Shown piece after piece: positions 46,766 to 56,123 of a stretch of 58,113 nucleotides of DNA. This DNA is from Bacilli bacterium (lineage in GTDB: Bacteria; Bacillota_I; Bacilli_A; RF39; UBA660), in contig JAFURK010000034.1 in assembly GCA_017480975.1 (NCBI GenBank), positions 1 to 58,113 of the forward strand, given 5' to 3'. The position numbers and the translations under genes were made by a program. The notes beneath the pieces are model-generated. The model ran no database searches. It worked only from the letters and a program-made list of their open reading frames with translations, and was not told where the DNA came from. The stretch's first letter is position 1; each line of letters begins with the position of its first letter.

Positions 46766-47406
46766 TCTAACACTCTTCTCTTTCTCATTCTAAGAAAAGC
46801 GACTATAATTACAACTAAAAGAACAACTCCTCCAAGAATAAATAAATAATAATTACTTAAAAAATCAACAACTTTATTAATAAAACTTCCATTATCATCA
46901 TTATCATTATCGTCATTTAAATAAGAATTAACTACTTTATAAAAATACTCATCATTAATTTCTGCTTGATAATTAGAATCACATACATCTAAATTATATT
47001 CTTCCAATTCTTTACATTCTTTTCTTAAAGAATATACATTAAATTTAGGAAGATTAAAAGAAAACTTTTTCAATAAAATATCTCGACACCTAGTAGAATA
47101 AACCTTAAGCACATTGTTTCCCGATGAAAGTATCAGCTCTAATACACCATTTTCAATCTGATTATAATAATATTCATTTCCATCACCATCAACTATATAT
47201 AATTGTTCATTTAACCCCCGCACATAAACATAATACAAATTATATATCCCTTCTTCTCCTACAACTACTTCATAATCATATTCAACATAACTAGCTAATT
47301 CCTTTAAATTATCAATTTCTTCTTTATCACACATAAGCGCATCTACACTTAAATTAAATCCAAATAAAGAAAAGCAAAAAACAAACATCAACTTTAATAT
47401 TTTCAT
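46762..47406 (-). CDS. Secreted, C-terminally membrane-anchored protein of unknown family; first gene of the Tad-like operon
   Basis: 214 aa. It has a signal peptide, an ectodomain of about 150 aa with 5 Cys, and a DDNDNDDN linker. A TM (LFILGGVVLLVVIIVAF) and an RMRKRR tail follow. Confidence 0.55.
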   Translation of the reverse strand: MKILKLMFVFCFSLFGFNLSVDALMCDKEEIDNLKELASYVEYDYEVVVGEEGIYNLYYVYVRGLNEQLYIVDGDGNEYYYNQIENGVLELILSSGNNVLKVYSTRCRDILLKKFSFNLPKFNVYSLRKECKELEEYNLDVCDSNYQAEINDEYFYKVVNSYLNDDNDNDDNGSFINKVVDFLSNYYLFILGGVVLLVVIIVAFLRMRKRRVLE

Positions 47407-47476
47407 ATCAGCCTCCTACTATTATCATAATAATACCATTTTTTCTAGAAAAATAAAAGACTTTTACTCTATAAAA

Positions 47477-47515
47477 AGAAAAAAATTGTAACTTTTGTGC
47501 CAAAAAATTACAATT
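47477..47515 (-). terminator. Strong rho-independent terminator after obg, insulating the Tad-like operon
   Basis: Minus strand reads AAUUGUAAUUUUUUG-GCA-CAAAAGUUACAAUU (about 14-bp stem) followed by UUUUUUU. Confidence 0.8.
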
Positions 47516-47552
47516 CAAATAATCAAAAATCTTACAATAACCTTAATAAATT

Positions 47553-48821
47553 CTATTTTGTATACTCAAATTCATAATCAAGAATTCTAACAATATCCCC
47601 TTCTTGTATTCCCATTTTTTCTAATTCATCATCAATTCCCATTTTTCTAAGTTTATGCGAAAATCTAAATAATGCTTCTTCGGTATTAAAATTAGTCATA
47701 TTAAATAACTTTTCTACTTGTTCTCCTTTTATCACATAAACTTCTTTATCCTTAGTAATAGTAAAAGGTTTCTCCTTTTTAAATTTATATAAAACATGAC
47801 TTTCTTGCATTTCTGGTTCAAATAATATTTGCGTTTCGGTATTCATAACCAATTCTTTTAGTTTATCAATAACAATATCTAATCCTTGATTATTAATTGC
47901 ACTAATCTCATAAATAGGAACATCAACCTTCTTTTTAAATTCTTCTAAATTATTAATAGACTCTTCCATATCCATTTTATTAGCAATTATTATCTCCGGT
48001 TTATTCAATAATTTATTACTGAATTTTCCTAATTCTTCTCTAATGGTTACATAATCATCGTAAGGATTTCTACCTTCTATTCCTGACATATCAATAACAT
48101 GAGCAATTATCTTAGTTCTTTCGACATGTTTCAAAAACTTATGGCCTAATCCTAAACCATCTGATGCGCCTTCAATTAATCCAGGCAAATCTGCTACCGT
48201 ATAAGAATAATCTTTCATACTAACAACACCTAAATTAGGAGATAAAGTTGTAAAATGATAACTAGCAATCTTTGGATTTGCATTAGTAATCATTGATAAA
48301 ATAGTACTCTTACCAACACTTGGAAGTCCTACTAAACCAACATCTGCAAGCATTCTAAGCTCTACTTTTATTTTTCTATTTTCACCAGGTTCTCCTCTTT
48401 CGCAATAAGAAGGACAAGGATTACTGCGTGTAGCCAAAGTAACATTACCTCTGCCACCACGTCCACCATAAGAAACAATAATTTCCTCACCATTCTTAGT
48501 CAAATCACCAATAACAACACCAGTCTCACTATCTCTAACAGTTGTCCCAACCGGAACTTTAACCACGGTATCAATAGCATTCTTACCATTCTTATTTTTA
48601 CCTTCACCATTCATACCAGGATTACCTTTTACATGTTTTTGATATCTTAAATCAATTAAAGTTCTAAGTCCTTCATCAGCTTTAAAAATGATATCTCCAC
48701 CTTTACCACCATTACCACCAAAAGGACCACCCATTGCAATATATTTTTCTCTTCTAAATGCCATACAGCCATCCCCACCACGACCGGCTGTAACTTCAAC
48801 TATAACCTCATCTACAAACAT
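47553..48821 (-). CDS. obg: GTPase Obg/CgtA
   Basis: The start is moved to the ATG at 48821 (MFVDEV...). It has the glycine-rich Obg fold (GGDGCMAFRREK, GGPFGGNGGKGG), G1 GLPSVGKST, and a C-terminal OCT-like domain. Confidence 0.95.
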   Translation of the reverse strand: MFVDEVIVEVTAGRGGDGCMAFRREKYIAMGGPFGGNGGKGGDIIFKADEGLRTLIDLRYQKHVKGNPGMNGEGKNKNGKNAIDTVVKVPVGTTVRDSETGVVIGDLTKNGEEIIVSYGGRGGRGNVTLATRSNPCPSYCERGEPGENRKIKVELRMLADVGLVGLPSVGKSTILSMITNANPKIASYHFTTLSPNLGVVSMKDYSYTVADLPGLIEGASDGLGLGHKFLKHVERTKIIAHVIDMSGIEGRNPYDDYVTIREELGKFSNKLLNKPEIIIANKMDMEESINNLEEFKKKVDVPIYEISAINNQGLDIVIDKLKELVMNTETQILFEPEMQESHVLYKFKKEKPFTITKDKEVYVIKGEQVEKLFNMTNFNTEEALFRFSHKLRKMGIDDELEKMGIQEGDIVRILDYEFEYTK

Positions 48822-48924
48822 ATCTACACTTCCTCTCACTTGTTAGTATTATACACTATTCCATAAAAAAAAAAAAGAAAAAAAATTAATTAAATACATA
48901 CAGTTATATAATTAAAATTTTTAT

Positions 48925-49872
48925 TCATTCTATAATTTCATCAATAATATATTTAGGCCTACGCTTTGTTTCTAAATAAATTTTTGATATATATTCACCT
49001 ATAACCCCAATACAAAATATTTGAAAACTTCCAAAAAAACATACCAAAGCAATAATCGTAACCCAACCATTCACAACATCTGCTCCCCTAAAATAACTAA
49101 TAATTACATACATCAAATAAATAAAACTTAAAAAAGAAAAAATAATTCCTATTCCAATAATAAATCTAATAGGCTTAATACTAAAAGAAGTAATTCCATC
49201 AATAGCAAGCCCTAACATTTTTCTTAAATTATATTTACTACTTCCTGCTTTCCTATCCAAACGTTTATAATAAACTTTACTAGTTTGAAACCCAAGTTTA
49301 GGTATAATTCCTCGTATAAATAAATTACTCTCCTCATATCTTGATAATTCCTCTAAACTTCTTTTACTCATCAATCTAAAATCTGCATGATTATTAATAA
49401 TTTCCCCGCCTAAAAAAGACATAACTTTATAAAAAACTAAAGCCGAATTCCTTTTAAACCAACTATCATTATCCCTATTATTTCTAACCCCATAAACAAT
49501 TTCATTACCTTTATAATATTCATCTATCATATCATCAATAGCATTTATATCATCTTGTAAATCAGCATCCATCGTAATAATCATATCAACATTCTTTCTA
49601 GTTTCCATAATACCAGCATACATAGCAAATTGATGCCCAAAATTTCTAGATAACTTTATAATCATTAAAAACTTATTTTTTAATTGTAATTTTTTCACAA
49701 TATTAATTGTATTATCCTTACTTCCATCATCAACAATAACTATTTTACTCTTTTTACTTATCTTATTACTGCGAATTAATTGATTTAATTTTTCACTAAT
49801 AACCTTAATACTATTTTCAATTACCTCTTCTTCATTATAACATGGCACTACAATATGCAAAATATCATTCAT
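48925..49872 (-). CDS. GT2 polyprenyl-phosphate glycosyltransferase (GtrB/CsbB-like) with two C-terminal TM helices
   Basis: The start is moved to the ATG at 49872 (GGAGG SD, ATGA overlap with the upstream stop). Motifs: VVPCYNEEE, DDGSKD and DADLQDD. Confidence 0.85.
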   Translation of the reverse strand: MNDILHIVVPCYNEEEVIENSIKVISEKLNQLIRSNKISKKSKIVIVDDGSKDNTINIVKKLQLKNKFLMIIKLSRNFGHQFAMYAGIMETRKNVDMIITMDADLQDDINAIDDMIDEYYKGNEIVYGVRNNRDNDSWFKRNSALVFYKVMSFLGGEIINNHADFRLMSKRSLEELSRYEESNLFIRGIIPKLGFQTSKVYYKRLDRKAGSSKYNLRKMLGLAIDGITSFSIKPIRFIIGIGIIFSFLSFIYLMYVIISYFRGADVVNGWVTIIALVCFFGSFQIFCIGVIGEYISKIYLETKRRPKYIIDEIIE

Positions 49873-51046
49873 TAAAACCTCCATAAGTATCACTAGCTCT
49901 AACATAAAATTTCATAATAAATTTAACAATAAATTTAGGCCAAATTTTTTCAAACATAATAATATCTTCTTTTAAACGTTCTTTACTATTAATAAACTCA
50001 ACCGTAGTCGCTTCATCATGAATTCTATAACAAATTAATTTCTTACTAATATAACCAATTTTTCCTTTACCTTTAGCAAATTTCAAAAAAGTATCCCAAT
50101 CTAAAGAAAATTTAAGTTTTGATGTAAATATATTATTACTTCCTAATAACAATTTATTGTAAGTTACCGAAGGACAATTAATGCTATTCCCAAACGATAA
50201 CGCCCCAACTTTAAACCATTTTAATCCATTAAATAGAGAAAATCTTAATGGAAATTTTAATATTCTTTTTAACTTACTATTTATATCTAATTCTTTTTTA
50301 TTATCTTTTAATACATAATAATCAGTACAAAGAAATAAAACATTATTATTAAATTGATAAAATTTTAAAATTTGTTCTAAATAATTTTTTTCATAAATAT
50401 CATCTTGATGAACAATAGTAACTAAATCACTATTAGCTTTTCTATACCCAAAATTCCAATCCTTTTGAATATCACTTTTTCCTTTTCGAACATATAAATG
50501 AATTTTATATTTTATAGCCATTCTATTAATAAAATCATTATCAGTAGAAGTAACCATAATAATATTAGAAGATACAGTCTGATTAATCAAAGATAAAATA
50601 CACTGTTCCAAATATCTACATTCCTTATAGGCACAAATAACAAAAGTATGAGAATACTTCTTTTTAACTACTCCAAAAGTCCAAAACTTACTTAACAAAT
50701 AATTATAAGGAACAGTTATTATCAAAGTAATAATAGGAGCAATTGTATTCGAAATATTTAAAATGTCAACCCATAAATACATACAGAACATATTAATTAC
50801 AAAAGAAGATAAATAAATTATATAATACTTCTTTATACTACCATTTCTACTTCTAAAAACAAAGTTTTTATTAAAACCATATGATATAAAACATGAACAA
50901 ATATAAGCAATAAAATTAGAAATTAAATAATTAATATTAAAATATAATAGTATATAATAAATAATTAAAGAATTGCATGTATTAAATATACCTACTATTC
51001 CAAACCTAATAATTTGAAAAAAATTACTTTTTATAAACTTAAACAC
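49865..51046 (-). CDS. Fusion of a GtrA-like 4-TM domain with a GT2 glycosyltransferase domain
   Basis: 393 aa. The N-terminal roughly 125 aa fit GtrA (FGIVGIFNTCNSLIIYYIL ... SKFWTFG). The C-terminal part is FVICAYKECRYLEQCILSLINQT ... HQDD, a GT2 fold. Confidence 0.7.
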   Translation of the reverse strand: MFKFIKSNFFQIIRFGIVGIFNTCNSLIIYYILLYFNINYLISNFIAYICSCFISYGFNKNFVFRSRNGSIKKYYIIYLSSFVINMFCMYLWVDILNISNTIAPIITLIITVPYNYLLSKFWTFGVVKKKYSHTFVICAYKECRYLEQCILSLINQTVSSNIIMVTSTDNDFINRMAIKYKIHLYVRKGKSDIQKDWNFGYRKANSDLVTIVHQDDIYEKNYLEQILKFYQFNNNVLFLCTDYYVLKDNKKELDINSKLKRILKFPLRFSLFNGLKWFKVGALSFGNSINCPSVTYNKLLLGSNNIFTSKLKFSLDWDTFLKFAKGKGKIGYISKKLICYRIHDEATTVEFINSKERLKEDIIMFEKIWPKFIVKFIMKFYVRASDTYGGFNE

Positions 51047-51417
51047 TTCTAAAACACCTCTAAATCCATTTTAATACAATCAATTAGTACAAACATAAAA
51101 ATACTTATATTCCTCAATTAATTTATAATTATCAATCATATAATCTAAAATTTGTTCATTCAATTGACATCCTCCATCATCATAATGTCAATTAGAAACA
51201 AAAAATACACAACTATATATTATCAATTTCAATAATATATCTATTTGCTCCATCATATCCAAAATTATCATTATTTAAAAGATCAAACTTATTAATTGAC
51301 ATATTTCAATATAAATTAAAAAATAACAAATGACAAATGATAATAATAAAAATTAAACAAAATAATAAAATATATCTTAACCATTTTCTTTAATAAAATT
51401 CATAAAAAGCACTCCCA

Positions 51418-54099
51418 TCAATTAATAAAACCATATACATAAATGTAAAAAAATACACCTAAAAATACTAAATAATAACAACAATTAAAAATTTTAAGAA
51501 TAATGCTATTTGGAACAAACTTAAACTTTACAAAAATTAATAATAGCAATAACGATATAATTGAAATAATACCACTTTCTTTCAAATAAGAAGGATAATA
51601 TGTTAATACTACTTTATTAGCTCCATCACTAAGAGGAATAGAAACAAAATTATCTAAAATTTTTTCAATTTTAACTTTCTTACCATTCACTTCACAATTA
51701 TAATTACTAGAATAATTAATTGGTAAAAATAAATTTTTATTGTTTCCTTCAGCATTAACTTCTGCAAACAATTTATTTTTATCAAAATTTACTTCAACAT
51801 TACTTTTATACTCAATAATTAAATCATTCATTTTTTTTATATTTATTTTTGAAAATTCAAAATCTTTTATACAAAAATCTTTATATAAAGACATAGTAAC
51901 TTTTATTTTTTTATCTTCATATGCACCTAAATCAACAATTCCAGAACTAGAAATAAATTTCTTATTAAAACTATCATTAACATTAGAATTATATATGAAA
52001 CCATCATTAACCTTTATATAATTAATTTGAAAAAGTTTATCCATTCCCTTATATTTTTTCTTATCTTTTCCAACATAAATTATAGAATCATAATCAAAAT
52101 ATAATTCACTAAGTTCAGAAACTGTTAAATAAAAACTAAATTCAGTATCTTCCTTAGCGCAAATATCATTTTCATCTAAATATGCACTATTTGAATCCAC
52201 TAAAAATTCAAAATCAATATCTTCTAAAATACTATCTTCCTTATTAAATAACTTTTGATAAATTTCATTTTGATAATTCAATAAATTATCTTCACCCTCA
52301 TAATAATTAAAAGAATCAAAAACTAAACCATAACCTAAAAAGGAATTTAATTCATACAAATTAACATTATTATCATTATCAATCAAATTATAAACTCTAC
52401 TATCCAATTCCTCATTTGAAATATAACGATTAATTCCTAATAAATTATCCGTAAATAAAGTACCGTCGCGATCAGTAGTAGAAGTAAATGGCGTAGCATA
52501 CCCTAAATTATCCAAAGAATCACTACTATTGGAATCATTCATATGCCAATTACTAATAGTTGATTTACTTAAAATAAAACCATAATTTTCAATCATATCA
52601 ACATTTAAATTTTTATATCTAATTTCTTCATTTATATCATCTTTTAAAAAATTATATAAATTATTACCAATATTAAAAGAATAATTGGTTGATTCTTTCG
52701 ACAATTCGGGCGAACTTATTCCAATATAACTAAGAGACCACCCAATACAACAAACACCTAAAAATAAAACTAATAAAGAATACTTTAAATATACATTTCT
52801 CAATAATAAAATTGAATAAACTAAAAATAAACCTAAAATAGAAATTAATAAAGCATTAAACATTACTTCATAAGAACCTAATCTTAATGATGGATCACTA
52901 GCAGCACTAACTGGAATATGCTTAGTAAACAAATATATCAAAAATATAAAAATCAAAAATATGTATATATAATAATTTTTACTTTTTTTAAATTGCAAAC
53001 TTTCATTAAATTGCAAATAATACAAAGCCCCTAAATATAAAACCATTACAACTATAAAACTATATCTATAAGGAAATTCTGCATAACTACCGGTATGCCA
53101 CATTAAATTGATTGGATTAAAAATTACTCCAACTAAAAATATTATAAATAAATACAAATAAAATCTTCTAATTTTTTTATTTCCCCTTTTCGATTTTAAC
53201 ATAATCATAAAAAGAATAATTGGTAATCCATAAAACAATACAATCATTAATTTATCTGCCATATCTCCAAAAAGATATTTTCCAAAATCTATTGAAGCTC
53301 TTACAGAATTAAATACCCGAACTATTGTAGGTAAAACAAAAACCAGTGCTAATCCTAAAGTCAAAATAGTACCTATCCCCAATTTATAAATAAACATCTT
53401 TTTATCTTCTTCTTTACATAAAAACACCAAATAACCAAATGATAAGAATAATATAAATAATAATTCCATATAAGCAATATAAAAAGAATAAATAATAGAT
53501 AAAAATAATATAATCGTATATAATCTATAATCACCATTATCAATAATTTTCTTAAATCCTAATAACAAAATGGGAAATAAAATTACATTATCTAACCAAA
53601 CAAAATTTGTATGATAAACAATAACCCACCCACTAAATGCATATAAAACACTAAATAAAATTTTCCAATAAATATTAAGCTTTTTATATACTTTATCAAA
53701 CATAAAAAAAGAAGTAACCGAAAGCAAACATAATCTTATTACAAATAAATATGACATAAAATTAGGAATATTGCTTCTAGAAGTTAAAGTTAAAAGCCAA
53801 TTTACCGGTGACAATATTCCATAAATAGAAATTAAATCATACATATCAGTACCTAAACCCACCTTAAAATTTATAAAAATACTTTCATTTCCATTAAACA
53901 AATCATACATATAATAATAAATTGGTAAATATGCCTTTCCAAAATCTCCATTAACCAAAGTATTTTTTCCAAACGGATAAACATCATTTATAAAATATAC
54001 AATTGTTATCAAGAATAATACAATAATAGGAGATATCAGAAATTTAATTCTACTTTTATCAAGATTTTTAAACTTATTATACACATTTATTTTTCTCAT
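51418..54099 (-). CDS. YfhO-family polytopic membrane glycosyltransferase (GT-C-like)
   Basis: 893 aa with more than 12 N-terminal TM helices, a large extracytoplasmic domain and a terminal TM. Size, topology and the neighbouring CsbB-like GT2 match the CsbB/YfhO pairing. Confidence 0.7.
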   Translation of the reverse strand: MRKINVYNKFKNLDKSRIKFLISPIIVLFLITIVYFINDVYPFGKNTLVNGDFGKAYLPIYYYMYDLFNGNESIFINFKVGLGTDMYDLISIYGILSPVNWLLTLTSRSNIPNFMSYLFVIRLCLLSVTSFFMFDKVYKKLNIYWKILFSVLYAFSGWVIVYHTNFVWLDNVILFPILLLGFKKIIDNGDYRLYTIILFLSIIYSFYIAYMELLFILFLSFGYLVFLCKEEDKKMFIYKLGIGTILTLGLALVFVLPTIVRVFNSVRASIDFGKYLFGDMADKLMIVLFYGLPIILFMIMLKSKRGNKKIRRFYLYLFIIFLVGVIFNPINLMWHTGSYAEFPYRYSFIVVMVLYLGALYYLQFNESLQFKKSKNYYIYIFLIFIFLIYLFTKHIPVSAASDPSLRLGSYEVMFNALLISILGLFLVYSILLLRNVYLKYSLLVLFLGVCCIGWSLSYIGISSPELSKESTNYSFNIGNNLYNFLKDDINEEIRYKNLNVDMIENYGFILSKSTISNWHMNDSNSSDSLDNLGYATPFTSTTDRDGTLFTDNLLGINRYISNEELDSRVYNLIDNDNNVNLYELNSFLGYGLVFDSFNYYEGEDNLLNYQNEIYQKLFNKEDSILEDIDFEFLVDSNSAYLDENDICAKEDTEFSFYLTVSELSELYFDYDSIIYVGKDKKKYKGMDKLFQINYIKVNDGFIYNSNVNDSFNKKFISSSGIVDLGAYEDKKIKVTMSLYKDFCIKDFEFSKINIKKMNDLIIEYKSNVEVNFDKNKLFAEVNAEGNNKNLFLPINYSSNYNCEVNGKKVKIEKILDNFVSIPLSDGANKVVLTYYPSYLKESGIISIISLLLLLIFVKFKFVPNSIILKIFNCCYYLVFLGVFFYIYVYGFIN

Positions 54100-54125
54100 A
54101 CCTACTACCTCACTAGAAATATAAC

Positions 54126-55643
54126 TTAATTATCTAACTTTTTAAAAAGTATAAAATCATCGTCCTCATATAAAATCTCATAATTGATATCTTTCAAGAT
54201 TATCATATACAAAACTGATTTTTTATCTAAAAGTACATGAGTAACATCAAAATATTCAAATTTTTCCTCATAATCAAATTCAATATCCACTAATTCGTCA
54301 AAAATACTATAATCCATCCCATTAAATTCTTTTAAATATAAATCACACCTAGAATCAATAAATACAGGTATATCATTAAATAACAAATAACTACCATAAT
54401 TATAATTATTATATAACCTCATATTTTCTACTTCTAAATTCTTATTTATATATTTAACTGCACCCACAGGATATTCTTCTTTTAAAACATACTTTTCATC
54501 ACTATGCAAATAAAAATTATATCCAGAATAACCGATTATAACAATAAAAACTACAACATAAATAAATTTATTTTTAACAATTAAATTATACAAAATATCT
54601 AAACTTTTATCACCGATATTACTTAAACAACGTAAAGAAAGAATTGTAACATATAATACCCCTATAGTATAGAAAAAAACTAAATGTCTCGTAGAAATTA
54701 AAGCCATAACTAACAGTCCACAAATCATAAATAACTCTCTCAAATAAATTTTAGATTTGTTATTTATTAAAATAATAACTAATAATATCACGGTAAAGAT
54801 AAAAAATGGATTTTCTATAACAACTAAAGGTAAATGTTCTAAAAGCAACTTCTGACTATTACCTAACATCACTCTAAACACATACGAATAACATATTCTA
54901 CTCGGAGTAAATATTCCCATCAAAAAACTTAATACTAAACCTACTATAACTTTATTCAAATTTTTTATTTCTTTTATTATTACTTTAGAATTTTTATATT
55001 TATCTAATTTATATATTTTTCTAACTTTCCTATTTTGACTTACCTTATATACAATATGTTCTCCTATAAACGGTAAAAATAATACAAAATAAAATAGCCA
55101 TGTAGTAGCATGAGTGTTAGCAATAATTAAAGATAGAATACAAAGATAAATTATATACCTATTTTGACCAGTTTTAATTAATCGATCAATACTATACACT
55201 TCCAGCAAAAATAAAGGTAAAGATATTATTTGTGATCTAGCAACAGCAAACATAGATAATGGTACACAAGTAATAGCAGCTACAAAAAAAGCAATAAATT
55301 CATTTTTATGCATTTTCAAATGAACAAAATATATGCATAAACCAAAAAAAATAAAACAAATAATAACTGAAATATAAACACCTATATAATCAAAAACATT
55401 ATATATCAGATATATAATTACATCATATAACCAATGAGGATAAGTATATTCCAAATCAGCTACCCAAGAATAATGATCTAATAAGTCAATGCCATTCTTT
55501 ACTATATCTTCTCCCAATTTAATGATATAGAAAGTATCATTTTGTAAAACCCTATATGTTAATCCAATACATAAAAATATAATAGCAAAAATACTTAAAA
55601 TTCTAAATTTAATTTTATCATGCACAATTATCACTACTTCCAT
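54126..55643 (-). CDS. Polytopic membrane protein, possible second GT-C-type glycosyltransferase
   Basis: 505 aa with about 11 TM plus a soluble C-terminal domain of about 110 aa. It is adjacent to YfhO. I recognise no firm motif. Confidence 0.4.
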   Translation of the reverse strand: MEVVIIVHDKIKFRILSIFAIIFLCIGLTYRVLQNDTFYIIKLGEDIVKNGIDLLDHYSWVADLEYTYPHWLYDVIIYLIYNVFDYIGVYISVIICFIFFGLCIYFVHLKMHKNEFIAFFVAAITCVPLSMFAVARSQIISLPLFLLEVYSIDRLIKTGQNRYIIYLCILSLIIANTHATTWLFYFVLFLPFIGEHIVYKVSQNRKVRKIYKLDKYKNSKVIIKEIKNLNKVIVGLVLSFLMGIFTPSRICYSYVFRVMLGNSQKLLLEHLPLVVIENPFFIFTVILLVIILINNKSKIYLRELFMICGLLVMALISTRHLVFFYTIGVLYVTILSLRCLSNIGDKSLDILYNLIVKNKFIYVVVFIVIIGYSGYNFYLHSDEKYVLKEEYPVGAVKYINKNLEVENMRLYNNYNYGSYLLFNDIPVFIDSRCDLYLKEFNGMDYSIFDELVDIEFDYEEKFEYFDVTHVLLDKKSVLYMIILKDINYEILYEDDDFILFKKLDN

Positions 55644-55742
55644 AATAACAATATATCATTTGCAACAAAAAAATTCAATAACTATCTCCTAATATATTTA
55701 AAAAATTCAATTTAAAATTTATAAAAATTCAACCTTATTATT

Positions 55743-56123
55743 TTAAGATAAATCCTTGATTTTCCTATTAACAACACCTATCTTACTTTCTAAACTTTCT
55801 ATATCCTTTTTTAAGGCATTAACCTTATCTTCTAACACTTTCTTATTACTTTCCAAATCAGTACCTTCCTTTAAGATAATCTCATATTGACTTATCAACT
55901 GCTTATATACTTCAATATCTTCCATTAAATCTTCATATTCATCCCTTAAAGAATTTAATCTATTACTTTCATTTTGGCACTGATAATACCCCCAAATTTG
56001 ATAACTAAAAAATCCAATTATTCCAAAAAGAACACCCCCCAATATTAATTGTAAATTTTTATACTTATTCCTATCACTTAACTTATATCTTGATTTCTTT
56101 TTATTCCTTTTTATCCTCTTCAT
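55743..56123 (-). CDS. Small bitopic coiled-coil protein
   Basis: 126 aa with a basic N-terminus, one TM and a heptad-rich ectodomain. Its ATG shares one base with the upstream stop. Confidence 0.5.
   Translation of the reverse strand: MKRIKRNKKKSRYKLSDRNKYKNLQLILGGVLFGIIGFFSYQIWGYYQCQNESNRLNSLRDEYEDLMEDIEVYKQLISQYEIILKEGTDLESNKKVLEDKVNALKKDIESLESKIGVVNRKIKDLS

Noticed and set aside
18008-49905. N-terminal extensions of track ORFs, taken at face value for the M23 peptidase, rplI, obg, the GT2, the 9097 gene, the 11531 gene and the 39034 gene.
   Set aside because: In each case an internal ATG preceded by a GGAGG/GGTGA-type SD at 4-9 nt gives the conserved protein N-terminus. It also removes long overlaps with the upstream gene or a mapped promoter.
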